Counted from the first letter of the stretch, positions 9,561 to 19,003 are shown. The stretch: 64,000 bases of DNA from Candidatus Terraquivivens tikiterensis (GCA_003056285.1 NDWU01000005.1:4873-68872), one strand, 5' to 3'. Made by a program: numbers and translations. The notes: generated by a model not told the origin, from the letters alone.

Positions 9561-10947
9561 TCAGGATCTTTACCTCTTCAACTGCGCCGGAAAACGTCTT
9601 CTTTAGGCGTGAAATCACGTTATCGTCGCCCGGCAACACTCTGGCCTTTACCACCATGTCCACGTCTCCATAAACCTCGTCAACGCTCTCCACATCTTCC
9701 CACGTTATAAGCTCGCCTATTATCTTGGATGCCGGGAACTGGGGTTTTAGCTTGATCAGGATGTAAGCGTTCTCCGTTCCGAATATGCTAGAGACGTCTT
9801 CCATTTTGACCGGTATTCCAGCGTTTACCAGGATCTCCCTGACTTCGGATGGGAGGAGCTTTCTCCCCTTGCTGCTCGAGTTGGATGCGAGCATCTCCGT
9901 GATCCTCTTTGCATCCTCACTCCTGACGCCGTATTTCGACAGCAGCCTCTCAACGATCTTGTGGCTTAGGTAAGGCGTAGCCTCAAACATAAGGCTTCCG
10001 TTAAAATCGTACATCAACTTTTTCTCGGGAACGTAACCTTTCGGCATCTTGACGACCATCGATTGGTGCACGCCCGCCCTAACAGTTCTGGCCTCCCTCG
10101 AGAGCGGATGCGAGAAGTAAGGTCTTATGCCCGTCAGCTTTGAAAATTTTTCGTATAGCCTCGAAATGGAATCGCGCCTAACGCCCGTGCTGATGTTGTA
10201 GAGGTCCTCAAGCCCTGCGACGACCTCGTAGAGGTCGGCTATGCCGTTTCTGTCACCTATTCCAAGTATGCAAACGTGTGCCTCGTCAGCGCCCTCAGCA
10301 ACAGCTTCGACAGTGTTGGCTGAGGCAAAACCGTAGTCGTTGTGGAAGTGGCATGCGATCGGCGTCCTGCACCTTTTCTTTATGATCGATACGAAGTCCC
10401 TGGCCTGCTTTGGGGATAGCATGCCAGCGGTATCCGGTACGCTAACCAAGGTGGCGCCGGAATCTCCCATGGAGTCGACGAGGTTCACGAGCTTTTCCAT
10501 GCCGGCATGCCCCTCGAAGTAGAACCTGCTCGCGTCCTCAACGGTCGCCCTAATGTATTTAAAGCCGAAAGATTTCGCTAGCTCTACCGAGTCCCTCATC
10601 CTCTGAACGGCCTCCTCGTAGGATAGACCTCCCAGCTTGTACTCTCTATGGATGTCAGTTGGCGCAAGGTAAAGCGCGCAGCCTTCGACGTCGTACTTGC
10701 TCATGGCCTCTATATCCCTTTGGTAGGCCCTGCCGTGCATTACGACCTCTACGTCGTACGAGCTTAGGGCATCTATGACATAAGCGACGTCCTCGTAGAC
10801 GGTCCTAGGCGGGTAGTCGACCGTCAGCTCTATTCTTGGGATGCCTACCTCGGCCAGCTGAACCGCTATCTCCTTGTTGACTTCGCGGCTAAAAATCCTA
10901 TAAAGCTGCCCCTCGCGTAAAGTGGAGTCTAGGATGACGGCCCTCAT
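9550..10947 (-). CDS. Homocitrate/isopropylmalate/citramalate synthase-family enzyme with C-terminal RAM-like regulatory domain
   Basis: HMGL-like TIM-barrel motifs LREGQ and HFHNDYGFASAN. The last ~75 aa (AYILIKLKP...VDEVYGDVDMVVKARV) look like an Lrp/AsnC-type RAM domain. Confidence 0.75.
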   Translation of the reverse strand: MRAVILDSTLREGQLYRIFSREVNKEIAVQLAEVGIPRIELTVDYPPRTVYEDVAYVIDALSSYDVEVVMHGRAYQRDIEAMSKYDVEGCALYLAPTDIHREYKLGGLSYEEAVQRMRDSVELAKSFGFKYIRATVEDASRFYFEGHAGMEKLVNLVDSMGDSGATLVSVPDTAGMLSPKQARDFVSIIKKRCRTPIACHFHNDYGFASANTVEAVAEGADEAHVCILGIGDRNGIADLYEVVAGLEDLYNISTGVRRDSISRLYEKFSKLTGIRPYFSHPLSREARTVRAGVHQSMVVKMPKGYVPEKKLMYDFNGSLMFEATPYLSHKIVERLLSKYGVRSEDAKRITEMLASNSSSKGRKLLPSEVREILVNAGIPVKMEDVSSIFGTENAYILIKLKPQFPASKIIGELITWEDVESVDEVYGDVDMVVKARVLPGDDNVISRLKKTFSGAVEEVKILITD

Positions 10948-11080
10948 GGTCCAGCCCGTGTGTTTATCGTTTAATAAAATGCGTATTTAAGCATAATGCT
11001 TACTATTTTCGTAAAAGATGTATTTATTTCATCCTAAATTTGTAAATATATTTCGAAAAATTTCAAGAAAGGCAACGATC

Positions 11081-11236
11081 CCCATCCTTTAGGCACAGCG
11101 GGCAGGGAACCCCGCCCTTTGGCGTTGGGTGATGGCTAACCGAACACCATCGCCGGTTGCCCGAAAACCATCCATGAAGCCCTAGGGGCAGAGGTTGAAA
11201 TGTTAACTATCCGACAACGGTGGAGAGGCGAAAAGG
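11081..11236 (+). repeat. TnpB-tail-like remnant
   Basis: GGAACCCCGCCCTTTGGCGTTGGG tail-type motif. The block AACACCAT..CC.AAACCATCCATG is also present at 4068-4110. No ORF. Confidence 0.35.
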
Positions 11237-11893
11237 CTAAACCTCGGCCAGCACGGTACAAGGAGCGCTATCGACCCCTTCGATGAAGAGCGGCACGACG
11301 ATCACCAACTTTGGACTATCCGTAAGCATGGACAGATCCATATCTTCCACGATGAAGAAATCCCGGCCGCTCAGAAGTATCCTGTGCGAAACCCTACCGT
11401 CCTCCCTGTGGTCGGCAGATGAGAGGGATATCGTATCCAAACCCAAGGCCCTGAGTTTCGGAAAGGTCTTTACGAGGAATTTAGCCGCGTCGGAGGAAAG
11501 GCCCGGGTTGTGTAAGCTGTACCTCTCAGGGTCGGACGACCTAAACCTCTGGAAGCCCGTCTTTATCAGAAGCATGTCCGCTCCCGAGATTTTGTCCTCG
11601 TATGCCTTAAGCTCCTCAGCCGTAATCAGCTCCGAATCGTTTTTCTGTATGCTGAGCAGCAAAGGTCTTTTGAACGTTAGGCTCTCTATCCCGTAATCCG
11701 ATATGGATCGGCCAGAAGGGTCGAAGTGTCGGGGTGCGTCTACATGCGTTCCCAAATGGTTTGGCATTTCTATTATGTAGCTGTTGCTGCTATCCCCTTT
11801 GGCTATTTGCTTCAATGGTCTAAGAGCGAGGCTCGGACCTCCTGCATACGCAGGCGTCATCGTACTAAGCTTGTGCGAGAGTAGGACGAACAT
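11237..11893 (-). CDS. Cyclase-family protein (kynurenine formamidase-like)
   Basis: HLGTHVDAPRHF metal-binding motif of the putative cyclase family. 218 aa. Confidence 0.7.
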   Translation of the reverse strand: MFVLLSHKLSTMTPAYAGGPSLALRPLKQIAKGDSSNSYIIEMPNHLGTHVDAPRHFDPSGRSISDYGIESLTFKRPLLLSIQKNDSELITAEELKAYEDKISGADMLLIKTGFQRFRSSDPERYSLHNPGLSSDAAKFLVKTFPKLRALGLDTISLSSADHREDGRVSHRILLSGRDFFIVEDMDLSMLTDSPKLVIVVPLFIEGVDSAPCTVLAEV

Positions 11894-12105
11894 TCCGATC
11901 TAGCATGTATTAGGCAAAATATTAGTCATTTGGTTTGACCGTTGGGTTCCGCAAACGGCTGTAGGAGAGGTTTACAGACCCAACAGGCTGAATGTCCTAG
12001 CTTTAAACAAAGGGCTGGGCGAACGCTTCAGGCTTCTCGAGCGGTATCTTTAAATGCGGGATACAGTCCAGCCGCCCATGCTGTAGGATAGAATGCGACG
12101 GGATT

Positions 12106-12200
12106 TTAACGCACGCTTAAACATAACCGCGAGCCGGTAGATGGGACCGGAACGCTGGAAGTCCCTGACCGAAACCACGGAGGCTCCAGGCTAAACCTGT
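12106..12200 (+). repeat. TnpB-tail-like remnant
   Basis: Contains AACGCTGGAAGTCCCTGAC..CACGGAGG, related to the AACGCTGGAAGCTCCCTAC..GTAGGGAG tail of the TnpB at 53602. The 63-aa minus-strand ORF in the track is its shadow. Confidence 0.4.
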
Positions 12201-12317
12201 TCAAAATATTCTTGAGCTCTGCCGGTTTATACGGGGGACTGTAGCCGTATGATTTCAGGTACCAATTTTTATAAATAAGACTAAATAGGCTTGGCAATAA
12301 CTTATAGTGATGGGAAC

Positions 12318-13352
12318 ATGAGGACGCTCAGGCTGGGTTATTGGGCAGCACAAGAGCAGTACGACCCAGTACGTTTGTTAGACTTTGCCGTTAGGGCAGA
12401 GGTCGCGGGCTTTGACATCATAGCCACGAGCGACCACTTCCACCCATGGCGCGACACTGGCGGACAATCAGGATTCCCGTGGGTGTGGCTTGCGGCTGCG
12501 GCGGAGAGGACGAAAAGGGTTCAGGTCGGTACTGCGGTAACCACGCCGATGTATAGGTACCATCCAGCGATCGTGGCTCAAGCTTTCGCGACGCTCGACT
12601 ACATATACCCTGGCAGAGTATTCTTAACCGTCGGCACGGGCCATGCGATGAACGAGACGCCGCTCGGGTTCGAATGGCCAAGCTTCAACGAGAAGGTCGA
12701 GAGGCTCGAGGAGGCCATCAAGATAATACTGGAGCTCTGGAAGGGAGACTTCGTAAATTTTGAGGGGAAGTACTATAGGCTGAAAAACGCGAAGCTGTAC
12801 ACGAAGCCGAAGACGAAGATACCGATATACGTGGCCTCTGCCTGTCCAAGGGTAGCGAAGATCGCCGGAAAGCTCTGCGACGGCATGCTTATAAACCCAA
12901 GGGGCCTCGAGAAGTACCACGAGATAGTCCGGGCTATGGAGAAGGCTGCCCTAGAGGCCGGGAGGGACCCGTCAACCCTCGTCAAGTCCATGGAGTTTAA
13001 GGTTTCATACGACGTAGATTATGACAGGGCCTTGAACTCCGCACTCTTTTGGGCATCGACGGCCATACCGAGGGAGAAGCGTGAAAAGATCTCAGACCCG
13101 AGGGAGCTGGAGGCGAACGTCGGGCCGGAGGAAATAGAAAAAATAAAGAAATCGTGGCTCATAACGACGGACCCTGACGATATATTCAAGGAGCTTGCAG
13201 AGTTCCTCAGGTTGAGGCTGGATATAGTATACATACACAGCGCCAGCCCCGATGAGGAAAAGTTCATCAGCATACTCGGAAGGGACGTGCTGCCCTGGAT
13301 GAGGGAGTTCTACGAGATGCTGGATAAGCCCATAAGGAAGGTCGTCGAGTAG
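12318..13352 (+). CDS. LLM-class F420-dependent oxidoreductase, glucose-6-phosphate dehydrogenase (Fgd)-like subfamily
   Basis: Blocks LRLGYWAAQEQY, SDHFHPW, RYHPAIVAQAFATLDYIYPGRVFLTVGTGHAMNE and WLITTDPDD closely parallel actinobacterial Fgd as recalled from memory. ATG 12318 is preferred over the TTG at 12291. Confidence 0.7.
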   Translation: MRTLRLGYWAAQEQYDPVRLLDFAVRAEVAGFDIIATSDHFHPWRDTGGQSGFPWVWLAAAAERTKRVQVGTAVTTPMYRYHPAIVAQAFATLDYIYPGRVFLTVGTGHAMNETPLGFEWPSFNEKVERLEEAIKIILELWKGDFVNFEGKYYRLKNAKLYTKPKTKIPIYVASACPRVAKIAGKLCDGMLINPRGLEKYHEIVRAMEKAALEAGRDPSTLVKSMEFKVSYDVDYDRALNSALFWASTAIPREKREKISDPRELEANVGPEEIEKIKKSWLITTDPDDIFKELAEFLRLRLDIVYIHSASPDEEKFISILGRDVLPWMREFYEMLDKPIRKVVE

Positions 13353-13359
13353 CTAGAGT

Positions 13360-14529
13360 TCACATCACTGAGTGGTACCAGCTGAGTATGTATTCGGGAA
13401 GCTTTAGGCCCCTTTCCTCGATACGGTTAACCAAGTATATTGGTAACGGGCTAAGCGCAAATGCTGCTTTAACGTAAAAGCTGCTGGGCCTGCCCGGCAC
13501 CCTCTCGCTCTTTATTACGTAGGACTCATCGGATATTGACTGGAGCGTCGAACCAGGCGTCCCGACTATAGCGGCTATCTTTCCGCCAAGCCTTTTGAAG
13601 TTTTTACACCAGCTTATGACTATCTCGGTCTCGCCGCTTCGAGAGATGACCACCAGGATGTCACCGGCTCTTGGAGCCGGTGTGCTCGACTCGCCGGCGA
13701 CGTATACGTGATCGCCTATCGCCCTTTTCACGTGCCCAACCCTAACGGCAGTCATCCTAGCGACCTCCTGACCGCTACCTAGGCCAGCGAAGAAGCATGC
13801 TTTCCTCTCCTCCAGGTTGTCCAACAGAAACTCAAAGAATTTAGATTTGATGATGTCATCCACCATGCTCCCTATCTCTACAGAAAGCGGACGGATGTAG
13901 TCCTGAACCTTTTCGGCCGGCTTTTCGTCGTTCATTGCCTCTGCCATGGCGTAGAGCAGGACGGTGCTGCCCAGGATGAAGACGTCCTCCAATATCCCAT
14001 ACGCTTGGAACTCCCTTGCCTCGCCCTCCACCCTCTCGTTCCTCTCCCGTCCCTTAACAAGGAGGACGTTCCCGTACTTCTCGCCGAGCTTCCCTATGGG
14101 TGAGTTGATGTCCGACGTCATGACGTCTATGCTGAAGTTTTTTGAGTCACCCGTCCTCTCTATGTACAGGGCCATGTTCTGGGCATCGACGAGGGGCATG
14201 AGGGATTTACCGCTACCGCTGTTTATCAGCAGGCTTACGTGGCCGTACCTATGCTTCAGTATCGGTGCCGCCTCTGATATGTCCCTGCCAGGGAACCCAA
14301 GGTCGCTCCTGTCTACGATCACCTTCCCCCTCCTCATCTTGGCCATCTCGCTACAGATTATGCTGAGGGCGCCCTTTGACCTACCCTCGGCCGATGGGAT
14401 TATCACACCGCTCTTCACGAGGCTATAATAGAAATTCTCCAGCTGCGTAGCGTCAACGAGCCTTACGTTCTGGAATATTCTGTTGATGTAACCCAGACTG
14501 CTGACCGTCTCGGACATGCTTTTCGGCAT
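13360..14529 (-). CDS. Tandem SIS-domain sugar-phosphate isomerase/binding protein
   Basis: Two SIS-like halves. The C-terminal half (FFAGLGSGQEVARM...GDILVVISRSGETE...GGKIAAIVG) resembles 6-phospho-3-hexuloisomerase-type SIS domains. Confidence 0.6.
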   Translation of the reverse strand: MPKSMSETVSSLGYINRIFQNVRLVDATQLENFYYSLVKSGVIIPSAEGRSKGALSIICSEMAKMRRGKVIVDRSDLGFPGRDISEAAPILKHRYGHVSLLINSGSGKSLMPLVDAQNMALYIERTGDSKNFSIDVMTSDINSPIGKLGEKYGNVLLVKGRERNERVEGEAREFQAYGILEDVFILGSTVLLYAMAEAMNDEKPAEKVQDYIRPLSVEIGSMVDDIIKSKFFEFLLDNLEERKACFFAGLGSGQEVARMTAVRVGHVKRAIGDHVYVAGESSTPAPRAGDILVVISRSGETEIVISWCKNFKRLGGKIAAIVGTPGSTLQSISDESYVIKSERVPGRPSSFYVKAAFALSPLPIYLVNRIEERGLKLPEYILSWYHSVM

Positions 14530-14589
14530 CTATAGCATAAAGCCAGAATTATAGTTTTACGTTACTTATTCGATAACCTTTTTATTCCC

Positions 14590-16017
14590 TTGGCAAACGG
14601 TACGGTCGTGCAGAAGTCGGACGTCGGGATCATAGGGCTAGCTACGATGGGCGCTAACCTAGCCCTTAACATAGAGAGCAAAGGTTTCACAGTATCCGTT
14701 TATAACAGGACAGCAGACAGGACCAGGCTTTTCGTGGAGCAGAGGGCAAGGGGAAAGAACATCCATGCGTACTTTTCGTTAGAAGATTTTGTCAAGTCCC
14801 TCGATAAACCTCGTAGGGTAATACTGATGGTGAAGGCCGGTGAGGCCGTCGACGAGTTTTCTGAGCAGCTGGCCACTTGGCTAGAGCCAGGTGACGTGAT
14901 AGTCGATGGCGGTAACTCCCACTTTATGGATACCGAAAGGAGGGTAAAGACGTTTGGGGAGCGCGGTATACACTTCATGGGCGTTGGGATAAGCGGTGGC
15001 GAGGAGGGCGCGCTGAAAGGGCCTTGCATAATGTCCGGTGGCCCCCCGGAGGCGGAGGAATGCATGAGGCCGATATTCTTAAAGATTGCCGCAAAGGTCG
15101 AGGGTGATGCCTGCTACGGTTACATGGGGCCTGGCGGTGCAGGCCATTTCGTGAAGATGGTCCACAACGGAATCGAGTATGCGATAATGCAGGCGATAGC
15201 GGAGGTCTACGACATCTTCACGACGCTGCTTGGGTTGGGTGCTGCCGCAATCTCGGAAATATTTGCAGAGTGGAACGCCGGGGAGCTGAACTCCTTCCTG
15301 CTGGAGATAGCTTCGGAGGTTTTAGCGAAGGTGGACGATGAAACCGGAAGGCCGCTCGTCGAGCTTATACAGGATAAGGCAGGCCAGAAGGGGACTGGGA
15401 AGTGGACTTCGCAGGTCGCGATGGATTTGGGAGTACCAATACCCACGATCGACGCAGCGGTATCCGCAAGGAACGTCTCAGCGTTAAAGGAGGAGAGGGT
15501 CATGCTGTCAAGGATCGTAAAATGTTCGATGGAGGAAGGTGGTGTGGACGGGTCTTTTTTGAAGAGCATAGCGAGACCATCTCTGTACTGCACGATGCTC
15601 ACGGCATTCGCCCAGGGGATGTCCCTAATATCCGCGGCCTCGAGGAAGTTCGGCTATGCAACGAGCCTAGAGGAAGTTGCACGGATATGGAGGGGTGGAT
15701 GTATCATAAGGGCAAGGCTACTCGAGATGATAAGGGGTATTTACTCTAGGAAGCCAAGTTTGACGAACCTCATTCTTGATGGTTCTTATGCAAAAGAGTT
15801 GTCCGATAGGCATACGGAGTGGAGGCATTTCGTGAGCACCGCAAAGGTGCACGGCATACCGTGCCCGGCCATTTCCTCCGCGCTGGACTACTTTGATAGC
15901 CTTAGGCGTGAGCGGCTGCCCGCAAACCTCATACAGGCCCTGAGGGACCGTTTCGGTGCCCATGGGTACGAGAGGGTTGACAAGCCGGGAACGTTCCACA
16001 CGGAATGGAGGGCGTGA
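14590..16017 (+). CDS. gnd: 6-phosphogluconate dehydrogenase (decarboxylating)
   Basis: 475 aa with Rossmann GLATMGANLALN, VIVDGGNSHF, GAGHFVKMVHNGIEYA and a full 6PGDH C-terminal domain. TTG start. Confidence 0.9.
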   Translation: MANGTVVQKSDVGIIGLATMGANLALNIESKGFTVSVYNRTADRTRLFVEQRARGKNIHAYFSLEDFVKSLDKPRRVILMVKAGEAVDEFSEQLATWLEPGDVIVDGGNSHFMDTERRVKTFGERGIHFMGVGISGGEEGALKGPCIMSGGPPEAEECMRPIFLKIAAKVEGDACYGYMGPGGAGHFVKMVHNGIEYAIMQAIAEVYDIFTTLLGLGAAAISEIFAEWNAGELNSFLLEIASEVLAKVDDETGRPLVELIQDKAGQKGTGKWTSQVAMDLGVPIPTIDAAVSARNVSALKEERVMLSRIVKCSMEEGGVDGSFLKSIARPSLYCTMLTAFAQGMSLISAASRKFGYATSLEEVARIWRGGCIIRARLLEMIRGIYSRKPSLTNLILDGSYAKELSDRHTEWRHFVSTAKVHGIPCPAISSALDYFDSLRRERLPANLIQALRDRFGAHGYERVDKPGTFHTEWRA

Positions 16018-16240
16018 GCTACCCAAGGCCTTAAGCCAGCGTCTTCCTGCTTCCGCGACCGGGATCGTTCACTTCATCGCACCGGCTCATCCAGTTACGG
16101 AGGTCGATCTCCGTAGCCCGTAGGTTTGACCTCGGCCGCAGGCTTAGCGATAGTAGCAGAGGGGAAGGGGTATGCATAAACGTTTGATCCTCCCATCCAA
16201 CGCTTAAAGGGTGCTGGATTTCCCGCCCGCGATGCCAAGG
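16014..16240 (-). repeat. Copy D of the TnpB-tail-containing repeat family (5'-truncated)
   Basis: Read on the minus strand it ends ..GCTGGCTTAAGGCCTTGGGTAGCTCAC, like the remnant at 4240-4359. Internal blocks (GACCTCGGCCGCAGGCT, GGATTTCCCGCC) match copies A, B and C. Its terminus overlaps the gnd stop codon. Confidence 0.55.
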
Positions 16241-16289
16241 TAATACGCCGTAGTCAACAGTCCAATTGAAGTCCGATGTGGATGTCACA

Positions 16290-16380
16290 ATAAAGACCCG
16301 AAGGAAGCAGAGCCCGATGAACCTGGAGGAGGTGCATGAGGCTCAAGGGCTAAGCGTGGATTCTGCATTTAGCTCAGAAC
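16290..16380 (+). repeat. TnpB-tail-like remnant, second subfamily
   Basis: AGCCCGATGAACC..GAGG..GA.GC.CAAGGGCTAAGC.TGG...TTAGCTCAGAAC is shared with 62840-62938. Confidence 0.45.
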
Positions 16381-16385
16381 CCGGA

Positions 16386-16952
16386 TTAACACCTAGACAT
16401 GCATTCTTTTATAAAGGAGTACGCCTCGTTGAGGTTCATGATGCGCTTTATCCTTTCGTTATCCCTCACCAACCTATTCCAGGGCCTGTCGTATAATGCC
16501 ACGTACTTACCTGCCGACGCAATCTCCTCGGCGTTCAGGGGTGAGTCGTCTATGTAAAACTCATAGCCGAGCTCTGACTTTTTACACCCTACTTTGACGA
16601 ACACCACGTTCCTGTTTCCGAGTCCGTGCATATTCAGCCACTTCAGGACGTACTCCTCGGTGTTTCTCGGTCTTGAGGTAACTATATCGACCCTTCCGAG
16701 CTCTTCGAGCAAAGCGACCTTATCGGTAAGGTTGGGCTCCGTCGGCGGTATCGACCGCCAATTTTTCCACGCTCTGTAGAATATCCTGTGAAACTCGCTC
16801 AAGGTTATCCCCAAACCCTTCCAAAAATCCCAGCACCTAACATCCTCGAGCGTAAGCGAGTCTTTTCTAGACTCATTCCATATTCTTAGCCACACGTATA
16901 TGCTGTCTGCTAGAACACCGTCGAGGTCGAGTGCTATCCTCAACACCCTCAT
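16386..16952 (-). CDS. HAD-superfamily 5'(3')-deoxyribonucleotidase-like protein
   Basis: DLDGVLAD (DxDxV/T) nucleophile motif. Size and layout match NT5C-type nucleotidases. Confidence 0.6.
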   Translation of the reverse strand: MRVLRIALDLDGVLADSIYVWLRIWNESRKDSLTLEDVRCWDFWKGLGITLSEFHRIFYRAWKNWRSIPPTEPNLTDKVALLEELGRVDIVTSRPRNTEEYVLKWLNMHGLGNRNVVFVKVGCKKSELGYEFYIDDSPLNAEEIASAGKYVALYDRPWNRLVRDNERIKRIMNLNEAYSFIKECMSRC

Positions 16953-16979
16953 AGGATTGAGGGGGGAAGTATTAAGCCT

Positions 16980-17429
16980 TCATCCTAAGCCACCAGCTAT
17001 CCTCTTGACCTCTTTTAGAACATCGTCGCCGTACCCGTGCTGCTTCAGGCCTTTCAGCATTATAGCTAGATAATCTGTTGATGGCTTAACGAAGTGTCTC
17101 GGATTTGCGGCGACGTACGTGACCGCCTCTACCTCACCACCCTCCGTCCTCACGACAACCTTTCTCCTGAGGTAGATGTTCGGAACACCCTCGTACTTGT
17201 CGAGCTCCTTCAACTGCTCCTCATCCAACAAGTAAACCACGCCGTAAACCCTCGAGCCGCCCCATTCCCTTATGTCCGCCACGCCGCCTCCCCAGCTCTT
17301 CGAGAACACGCCGAAGCACAGCTTGTACCCCTCGAGTACGCCCTTCTTGCAATCCTTCCACCCGCCAACCCTCCTCCTCATCAGGTCTTTATTGAGGTTG
17401 GCACCGTAGGCAAAGTACCAGACGGCCAT
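16980..17429 (-). CDS. Gamma-glutamylcyclotransferase (AIG2/GGCT-like)
   Basis: N-terminal YFAYGANL motif. 149 aa. Confidence 0.75.
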   Translation of the reverse strand: MAVWYFAYGANLNKDLMRRRVGGWKDCKKGVLEGYKLCFGVFSKSWGGGVADIREWGGSRVYGVVYLLDEEQLKELDKYEGVPNIYLRRKVVVRTEGGEVEAVTYVAANPRHFVKPSTDYLAIMLKGLKQHGYGDDVLKEVKRIAGGLG

Positions 17430-17640
17430 TCCGGATTACGTTTGCCATGGGTGCTCAAAAGGGTTTGCAAAAAGGTCACAGAAAACCTAGAACCTCAGCT
17501 CTGGTGAACGGGGTTCTGGTCTACGCCATCATCAGGCCCTGGAGCGCGAGTACCCGGCCGGATGGAAGAAACCCGAGAAAAGACGTAGACCTCAGGCAAG
17601 GGAGGAAAAGCAGGAACACAGCCTGAGCCGCTGAGGGGCG

Positions 17641-18138
17641 TCACAGGCGGACTATCTTAGCCTCAACGGCCTCCCTAATCTCCAATATCCCATAGGAGGC
17701 ATACGGAGCTGGCCAGGCCCCTGTCGCGCTACCTGGGTTGAAGTACAAGATGCCCTCCCGGACCTCCTTTTTCGGTTTGTGGGTATGGCCGTACACTATG
17801 ATGTTTACGCTACCAAACCTCTCCCTTATCCTGCTCTCGATCCTTATCGGCGGTCCGCCCTCGGCAGGATGGCAGACGCCCACGAGAAAACCGCCCAGCT
17901 CGAAGAGCTCAGTCTCTGGGAGCAAGGCCTTCACGCTCGGCGAGTCCATGTTGCCATGGACGCCCTTAAAGTTCCCATGAGCCTTTAGCTCTTTCACAAG
18001 CCTATCCTCCGTGAAGTCTCCGGCGTGGATTACCCAGTCAGCACCACTGAGCTCATCTAAAATTTTACTCGGCAAAGAGTCCAGGCTGGACGTATGGGAG
18101 TCCGAAAGAACGACGACCTTGATCATCACCAGCTTCAC
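17641..18138 (-). CDS. Metallophosphoesterase, YfcE/MJ0936 family
   Basis: LSDSH, HAGD, GNMD and GHTH motifs in the canonical order. 165 aa. Confidence 0.8.
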   Translation of the reverse strand: MKLVMIKVVVLSDSHTSSLDSLPSKILDELSGADWVIHAGDFTEDRLVKELKAHGNFKGVHGNMDSPSVKALLPETELFELGGFLVGVCHPAEGGPPIRIESRIRERFGSVNIIVYGHTHKPKKEVREGILYFNPGSATGAWPAPYASYGILEIREAVEAKIVRL

Positions 18139-18172
18139 CCAACGTGCTCTCCTAAAAAATTTAACGGAGCAC

Positions 18173-19003
18173 CTAATCGTCGGTTGACATCGGGTACGAA
18201 CCTAAAACTTTTAAGAACGTCGTCTTACCCTTTAGAGCCTCCAAGCAATCCCTAACGTGCCCTTCCGACAAGTGCCCCTCGAAGTCTACGAAGAAGTTGT
18301 ACTCCCAAGGCGTCCTCTTCGTCGGCCTAGATACCAGCATAGTTAAGTTAATCCCCCTCTTCGCAAAATCCTCCAGGGCTAAATAGAGAGCACCGGGTAT
18401 GTGTTTTGTCGTGAAGATTATCGACGTCTTATCCTTCCCAGTCCTAGGAGCCTGCTCCTTGCCTATCACCAAGAACCTCGTGTAGTTCGAGATGAAATCC
18501 TCTATGCCTCTCCGGAGGACCTTCATGCCGTATATCTCCGCGGCCAGCTCGCTGGCGATTGCGGCGGCATCCTTTACTTTCGACTCCTTTAGCATCTTTA
18601 CGCTACCAGCCGTGTCGTAGTAAGGAACGGCCTCCCAGCCCATGGCCTTAAGGTATGACCTGCATTGGGCGAGCGCTTGGGGGTGCGAGTAAACGCGTTT
18701 TATGTCGGAGATCTTTGTATCAGCGTTGGCTATCAAGCAGTGGACTACCCTTAACTTCACCTCGCCAAAGACGTACAGGTCTCTCTCCAGGAGCATATCG
18801 TAGGTCTCGTTCACGCTACCCTCCAACGAATTCTCGAAAGGGACTACTCCGTACCTGGCCTCAGAGACCTCGACGGCATCGAAGACGTCGGCTATCGTCT
18901 TCTGGGGCAGGGCGTCTATCGACCCAAAGAACTTCAAGGCGGCTATATGGCTATAGGCGCCGAGCTCGCCCTGAAAGGCAACGGTCAATCTTCCGCCGCT
19001 CAT
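18173..19003 (-). CDS. pheA: Prephenate dehydratase (PDT plus ACT domain)
   Basis: PDT domain with the TRFLVIG motif and a C-terminal ACT domain (SRPTK...FFVDFEGH). Confidence 0.85.
   Translation of the reverse strand: MSGGRLTVAFQGELGAYSHIAALKFFGSIDALPQKTIADVFDAVEVSEARYGVVPFENSLEGSVNETYDMLLERDLYVFGEVKLRVVHCLIANADTKISDIKRVYSHPQALAQCRSYLKAMGWEAVPYYDTAGSVKMLKESKVKDAAAIASELAAEIYGMKVLRRGIEDFISNYTRFLVIGKEQAPRTGKDKTSIIFTTKHIPGALYLALEDFAKRGINLTMLVSRPTKRTPWEYNFFVDFEGHLSEGHVRDCLEALKGKTTFLKVLGSYPMSTDD

Noticed and set aside
12106-12297. 63-aa minus-strand ORF ending ..EPPWFRSGTSS..
   Set aside because: It is the reverse-complement reading of a TnpB-tail-like remnant. It has no start context and overlaps the start region of the LLM oxidoreductase gene.
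17493-17536. Possible C/D-box sRNA on the minus strand (CC-TGATGA-30 nt-CTGA-GG)
   Set aside because: It is only 44 nt, has no recognisable C' or D' boxes, and the spacing is too short for two 12-nt guides. It could be chance within a tail-like remnant.
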